From the NCBI GenBank assembly GCA_009103225.1, contig RHPI01000140.1, positions 215,961 to 229,270 on the forward strand: a DNA stretch of 13,310 nucleotides. The letters run 5' to 3'. The position numbers were made by a program, and so were the translations under genes. The notes under the pieces are model-generated. The model searched no databases and was not told where the DNA came from. It saw only the letters and a list, made by a program, of their open reading frames with translations. Origin of the DNA: Chlorokybus atmophyticus (Eukaryota; Plantae; Mesostigma and Chlorokybus algae). Numbering within the stretch: the first letter of the stretch is position 1; every line of letters begins with the position of its first letter. This document shows positions 8,046-13,310 of this stretch, piece after piece.

Positions 8046-8283
8046 TGTCGGGTCAGGGGAAGTCGAGGGTCACACTGTCTCGGGCCGCTGCAAGGAAAGT
8101 CATGCGTGCTGGTCCTGGTGCTGCACATGTTATAACCTGTGGCAAAAGCAAAAGATAACCAAGCTTGTATGGCGAGGAATGCTTGGTGGAGCTGCTCCAC
8201 TATTGCTGAGTCACACGGACATGTGGAGGCGGTGTCCTCCTTAGTGTACATGCTGTGCTGTAGGACACACAGTCAACAAGCCA
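8046..8283 (-). repeat. Element C 3' LTR (238 bp)
   Basis: TGGCTTG...CCGACA on the minus strand. Its boundaries are defined by the copy at 7213-7451 and by the PPT. Confidence 0.9.
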
Positions 8284-8292
8284 CCCCCCCCT
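8284..8292 (-). promoter_or_regulatory. Element C polypurine tract
   Basis: AGGGGGGGG directly precedes the LTR, about 40 nt after the pol stop codon. Confidence 0.88.
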
Positions 8293-8359
8293 GAGCTTCT
8301 GGGGAAATTCCAGCTCCAGAGCTCCGCTGCTAATGCAGGTGAGGCGGGCCGTTGGTGCG

Positions 8360-8494
8360 GCAATCGTCGCACCAGTACTCCTCCATGGGTATTGCGTCCA
8401 ATGGGGGCTCCAAACAGTAGCAATGCAGGCCCTTGTTACAGCCATCGCAGAGCATCATGAGTGCCTCATCGGCGGCGCTGTCGCAGCGTTCACA
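8360..8494 (-). pseudogene. pol: PHD finger (C4HC3) at the integrase C-terminus
   Basis: CERC...MMLCDGCNKGLHCYCLEPPLDAIPMEEYWCDDC, with all eight Zn ligands present. Confidence 0.93.
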
Positions 8495-9640
8495 GCGTGT
8501 GCTACGGGCGGGGCGAGGGTGCTGGATGCGCGCGAAGCCTGCTACGTAGGGGAGGTGACATGGCGCGCAATTCACCATGTTGTCCTTCAACCTCTCGCCA
8601 TTCTGACCAAGAAGGTCCAGCACTCCTGTGGGGTACACCTTAAGTACCTTGTAGCCGGTGCGGCCCACGGAGGTGTCGAGCGTGTCCTTGATGGCTGCCA
8701 TACGATAGGCAAAGTCACTGGCTTGAAACCGCCGTTGGCGCTCCTTGTAGAAGCCGCTTCGCACGCTCTCGTAGCGCAGAGTGTCACGGTGCTGTGCGAT
8801 GCGCAGGTTGTGGAAGGCCATTGGGACGGTGTGCTCAAACAGCGTGGCACGTGTGGTGATGTCGTGGTGCATCCAGTCGAGATCGTCGAAGTTGTCCACC
8901 ACACGGTCTACTTCCTGTTGTGGACGAAAAAGAAGCAACGGCGGATGCCCGAACAGCAAGTAGTATGGACTGTACTCGCGCAGCGCCGCCTGCTTCGACA
9001 ATCGGTAGCCCTGAGCCACCCACGGAAGGTGGTCGTCCCGGGTGTTCTTCTCATAATCCAGCACGTACTTGCGGAGTGCCTTTTTGATAGTCTGCACCGT
9101 CCGCTCGGCGAGACCGTCGGCTTGAGGGTGGTTACGCGAAGTATGGGGATGATCGATGTAGCATCTGTCAAGCAGGGTGTCGAACTCCCCCCTGAACTTA
9201 GTGCCCTGGTCGGTGATGACCTCAGCGCAACTGCCGAACCGGCTGAGGACATGGGAGAGGAAAGCTTGAGCCACCCCCCTGCTGCTCTTGTCGGGTATTG
9301 GCACCAGCTCCACTCATTTGGAGAAGTGCTCGATCATGACGAGGATGTAGCGGTTGCCCCGCGCCGAGGGTGCCAAGTCTCCCAAGATGTCGAGTCCCCA
9401 GCGGTAAAACAGCCCGGTGATGGGGAGAGGATGCAAGGTGGCGCTACGTGTGTTGAGGCTGGCACGTACCATGTCACACTGCTGGCAGCGACTGACGAAC
9501 CCCTGCACCTGTTTGGACAGCCCATACCACCAATATTGCGCTCTTACCAGGCTGACGGTACGCTTGACACCGAAGTGCCCCAGCTCCTTGTGGAGGGCAG
9601 CGATTATAGCCTCGCGTGTGGCTGATGTTGGCACCTTGTC
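8495..9640 (-). pseudogene. pol: Integrase of element C (one W-to-stop change at 9314-9316)
   Basis: HHCC finger HKELGH...CQQC (9476-9592). Core motifs WGLDILG, ITDQGTKF and HPQADGLAERTVQT. Confidence 0.95.
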
Positions 9641-10039
9641 CTCGTCCTGAACGCGGCGGTACACTTTATCACCCGCCCACTGGTAGTGGTTGCGCTGACT
9701 GACACGATCTTTCTCCCGTGCACTCATATTTGAGGGAAGCTGGCCACTTTGAAGGAAGGAGAGTGATGGCTTGTCCAGCCATATGCCCTGCCTGGTGTCG
9801 GTGGGTGCTAGCTCGGTGTCGTCGACTTCGATGTTGGCCGCGTGGACGTCCCCTAGTGGTGTGGTCACTTTGGGGTCCGCAGCCTCAAGGGCAGGCACCT
9901 CCTCCGTCGTTGAGGTGGTGTTGATCTGGCGCCCTGACCGTAACGCGGCAGCAGCAAATATGGCCGCCATGGTGGGAGCTGCTGCGGTGGGGCCGAGCTC
10001 GTGTCGAGCTTCGATTGCATCGTTGGTACTGCGGTGAGG

Positions 10040-10402
10040 GTTGCGACTGAGGCCATCAGCGTCTTGATTGGTGAGGCCGGCGCGGTGGTCGATCTCGAAG
10101 TCATACTCCTGCAGCAACAGGGCCCAGCGAGCAAGTTTCCCTGTCAAATGTTGGTTGGTTATCAACCATTTGAGTGGTTGATGATCGGTGATTAGCTGGA
10201 ATTGTTGACCAAAAAGGAAAGGTCTAAAGAAGGAGATAGCCCACACTGCAGCGAGGCACTCCCCCTCGTAGCTGCTGTTGTTGGCCTCAGCGCTGTTGTT
10301 GCTTCGGCTGGCGTACGACGCCACCCGCTCCTTCTTGTTCTCATCGTGCTGTACCAGCACAGCCCCCATCCCAGGTTTGCTCCAATCGGTGTGGAGAATG
10401 AA
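10040..10402 (-). pseudogene. pol: RNase H of element C
   Basis: FILHTDWS..GMGAVLVQ, SSYEGECLAAVWAI, LITDHQPLKWL and DADGLSR. Confidence 0.95.
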
Positions 10403-10679
10403 GGGCTTGTTGTAGTCAGGGCGTTGCAGGATGGGAGCGATGGTGAGTCTGCCCTTTAGCTCCTCAAACGCCTGCTGTTGTGGCCCCTTCCACGCAAACT
10501 CCACCTTCTTCTTCAGGAGCTCGTTGAAGGGTCGTTCAATCTTTGCGAAGTTCTTCACGAAACGGCGATAGTAGTTGGCAAGGCCCAGAAAGGCATGCAG
10601 ACGCGTAAGGTCCGTGGGAGCAGGGATAGCCGCCAAAGCCTCCACCTTTGCCTGCTGTACGTACACACCGTGGGGCACA

Positions 10680-11326
10680 ATCATGTGCCCTAGGTAGGGT
10701 ACCTTGCGAGTAAAGAAGGTGCAGTTGTCGGGGTGCACTGTCATCCCCACCCCTTTGAGTCTCTCCAGCACTTCCTCGATGTGCTGCAGGTGCTCGTCGT
10801 TACTGCGACTGAAGATGAGAATGTCATCAATATAGCATCGCGCGAAGTCCAGCCCTTTCAAGGCTTTGTCCATGACGCGCTGGAACTTGGCAAGAGCGTT
10901 CTTCAGTCCGAAGGGCATGACCTTCCACTGGTACAGCTGCCGGTTGCCCCATAAAGAGGTCTTGTGCTTGTCCTCCTCCTTGATGGCGATCTGGTTGTAC
11001 CCTTGGCGCATATCCAGGATGCTGAAGACGGTACAGTCTCCTACATCATTAAAGATACCCTATGCAGTAGGCATTGGATACCTGTCTTATTTGGTCTTGT
11101 TGTTGAGGGGGCGATAATCGCCGCACATGCGCCGGTCTGTCCAGTTGCCTGCTGAATCCTTCTTCAAGGGCATGACGGTCGCGGCCGCAAAGTCCGATGT
11201 GAACTCCTCAATTAGGCCTGCACCTAATAGAGCCTTGCACCTCTGCTCCACCAAGTCCTCTTCCAACTTGGAGAGTCGGTACTGTCGCCGAAACACCGGT
11301 TCGGTGTCCACCAACTCGATGTCCAT
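10680..11326 (-). pseudogene. pol: Reverse transcriptase of element C (stops at 11087 and 11060)
   Basis: RRMCGDYRPLN, RYPMP, LDMRQGYNQI, VMPFGLKNA, YIDD (10823-10834) and YLGH. Confidence 0.96.
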
Positions 11327-11617
11327 CTGGTAAACTGAGCAAACACCCAGTTCCCTTACACTGAAACTGAACTGACTCCTCCACTTGTTGAGGAGAGCCT
11401 CCAGTTGTTCTTGCGTCTGGCCTGTAGCCAGTGGTCCAATGGCATGAGATCAAGAGGTGGCGTTGGCGACCACAGGGATGTCCTCCACAGTGACTGCTGC
11501 CTGCTCCTCCATATGGGCGATTTCGAGGGCGGTGTGTGCCGCTTTGGTCTCTTGCCCGCGACCGGCCCACCCCCCTGCCAGGTGTTCGAGCTCCTGGAAG
11601 GACACATGGCGGTCTTA

Positions 11618-12580
11618 GAGAGCAAAGCACATTTTCAATAACCATACCATGCTGTTCTGATCCATGGCGCGTCCCAGCAACTGGCATTGCTGACTGTCGG
11701 TCAACGTGGAACTTGTGACACTGCCTGGAGAGAAGCCCATGGCGCGTTCGCGCTCACGTGCATTGGGTTCCTCCAGCTGGCCTGTGTTGGAATCCAACAA
11801 CATGCCGGCGCCGTGGTTGCGGAAGGCGTACGATCCTGGGTAGGACACCAGGGTGGGGAGCGCACGACGTGGTTGACCAGGTTGGTTGCATTGGTAGAAG
11901 TGGTGGTGATCGCGTCGGGTGACTGGTTGTGCTGTTCGGCTAGGGTCCAAGATAGCATCGATTGCCAGATTGCGTGGACGACTGCTGTGCAGATATTCAG
12001 CAGCATAGAGATCTTCAACTGTTGCCAGGTTGGTCCACTCGGCGCGGACGCGGTGTGCCCGAGAGCCATGTCGTGCTGAGTTGATTCTGAGAGGATGCCC
12101 CAATAACGAACACACCTGTCGGAAGCTGTTGGCCACGTGATGGCGCGTATCGTCCTCGGAGTGCACATTCTCGATGATGTACCTTGGAGGCCTGAACAGC
12201 TGGTCGCTCTGCAGAAATTTGACCCGCATCAGTTACCAGAACAGTTGTGAGCGAGGATCAGCGAGTCCTTGGCCGGTGCCTGCTCTGGAGTGTCCTTGAC
12301 ACTCCCATCCTGCTATCAGCAAGTCGATGTTGCCCACCGCTAGGAGGTGATCCGCAGTGATTAAACGGATGCCCTGTGGCAGTGCCTTCAGACTGCCTTG
12401 CAGTGCCGATAGCGGCAGTAGCTGCGGGTAGCATTTGTGTAGGTGGCGCAGGTGGTGGCCCAGAGCAATCTATGCGTGTGGATCAGGGTCGCAGTAGAAG
12501 TATTTGGTGACCGTCGCATCGGTGTTGAGAACAGTGACGAGGCCACTACCTATTCCTTCGAATAGTTCCAACACGGTGAT
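11618..12580 (-). pseudogene. C5 cytosine DNA methyltransferase domain (DNMT3-like), in frame within pol; stops at 12470 and 12233
   Basis: Motif I VLELFEGIG; motif IV DLLIAGWECQGHSRAG (Cys codon 12299-12301); motif VI YIIENV; motif VIII SRAHRVRAEWTNL; motifs IX/X ERERAMGF...QCQLLGRAMD. All are in the correct order. Confidence 0.92.
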
Positions 12581-12825
12581 GCCTTGTTGTCGCCGGAATA
12601 CGTGAAATTCCACTACTCCAGTGGCCACCTGGTGTTGTTTCTGGACAGCAGCTTGGTCCTTGTAGAGAGGGAACCGTGAAGTGAGCCGCGGTCTGGTCAG
12701 TAGCAGATGTGCGACCACCTGTGCGCGCCAGCGGCGTTCCGCTGGTTGCTGGTGGGCCACTTTCTCAGTGGCATCTTTCTGAGACTCGTCGTATGGGATA
12801 GGAGAGTCTTGGTTCGCGTTGTGGG

Positions 12826-12938
12826 TGACCACCGCAGATGATCTGTCAGTGGTTGTCGAGCCCGACCTGTGGGTGGCTGTCGCAGCTGACCTGTCAGTGG
12901 TTGCCGACGACGACCTGTAGGTAGCTGTTGCAGCTGAC
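12826..12938 (-). repeat. Imperfect 48-bp tandem repeat (about 2.3 units) encoding a Ser/Thr/Ala-rich linker
   Basis: Peptide units SAATATYRSSSATTDR / SAATATHRSGSTTTDR / SSAVVTH. Confidence 0.85.
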
Positions 12939-13023
12939 TTTTGGTGGGATCGAGTGCGGGCCACCAACTTGAGAGGCAGGTATCCATGAACCTCCCCGTC
13001 CTCCTCATCTCAATGAGGACAAA

Positions 13024-13310
13024 TCAGGCCTTTTCTGTCCAGCAATCCAGCCCCATGCCAACAGGGAAGTTGAAGTCCTGTCCCAACAACAGGTCGAAAG
13101 ACCCTGCGTCGGTGACCACACACTTCTGTATGACCTCGGTGCTGTGGGACGGTTCCTCTCCTATTAAGCGAATGCAGAGGGCTTGCTTGGTGATACTGAT
13201 CACCTTGTCCCGGCTGCCGGTTGCAATGTCGAGCACGTATGGGCACGGCATCAGCTCAGCGCTGGTGATGCCAAGGTCACGTGCGAGGTAACGTCCGATG
13301 ATGATAGGCT
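13024..13310 (-). pseudogene. pol: Aspartic protease of element C, C-terminal part; the catalytic triad is probably just outside the window
   Basis: PIIIGRYLARDLGIT...SFDLLLGQDF has a retropepsin-like DLLLG tail. It is offset by one frameshift (near 13010-13030) from the rest of pol. Confidence 0.75.

Larger units (their letters stand above)
8046..13310 (-). mobile_element. Element C: Ty3/Gypsy retrotransposon with a C5 DNA methyltransferase inside pol and a PHD finger on the integrase; extends beyond the window
   Basis: The ORFs starting at 8330, 9314, 11087, 11615 and 12470 all lie in one minus-strand frame and are separated only by point stops. The order is PR-DNMT-RT-RH-INT-PHD, then PPT and LTR. 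Confidence 0.95.

Noticed and set aside
7213-8283. Two direct repeats flanking 594 bp, read as a TRIM
   Set aside because: There is no PBS or PPT inside and no TSD outside. The right copy is already explained as the 3' LTR of element C.
8333-9625. 430-aa plus-strand ORF antisense to the element C integrase; considered because REM1 has an antisense regulatory ORF
   Set aside because: It is in exact codon register with the integrase and has no recognisable motif. It is best explained as a shadow ORF of GC-rich codon usage that avoids TTA, CTA and TCA.

Overview
This window is a nest of eukaryotic LTR retrotransposons with no host gene, probably from the green lineage (alga or charophyte; this is inference). 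(A) A decayed minus-strand Ty3/Gypsy chromovirus spans about 407-6728, with a gag Zn knuckle, protease, RT, RNase H, integrase, chromodomain, PPT and 3' LTR. Two insertions interrupt it. One is an old 509-bp TRIM (552-1060) in its 3' LTR. The other is (B), a very recent 1350-bp non-autonomous relative (4656-6005, plus strand, TSD CGCAT) in its protease. (C) A second, GC-richer minus-strand Ty3/Gypsy element runs from 8046 past the window end. Its pol frame reads protease - Ser/Thr-rich repeat linker - DNMT3-like C5 cytosine methyltransferase - RT - RNase H - integrase - PHD finger, followed by a PPT and a 238-bp LTR. An orphan copy of that LTR sits at 7213-7451. The main highlights are the methyltransferase embedded in pol together with a PHD reader, and a back-to-back array of about 8 hairpins in the A/B LTRs that is conserved through compensatory base changes. 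All motif comparisons were made by eye; no database search was run.
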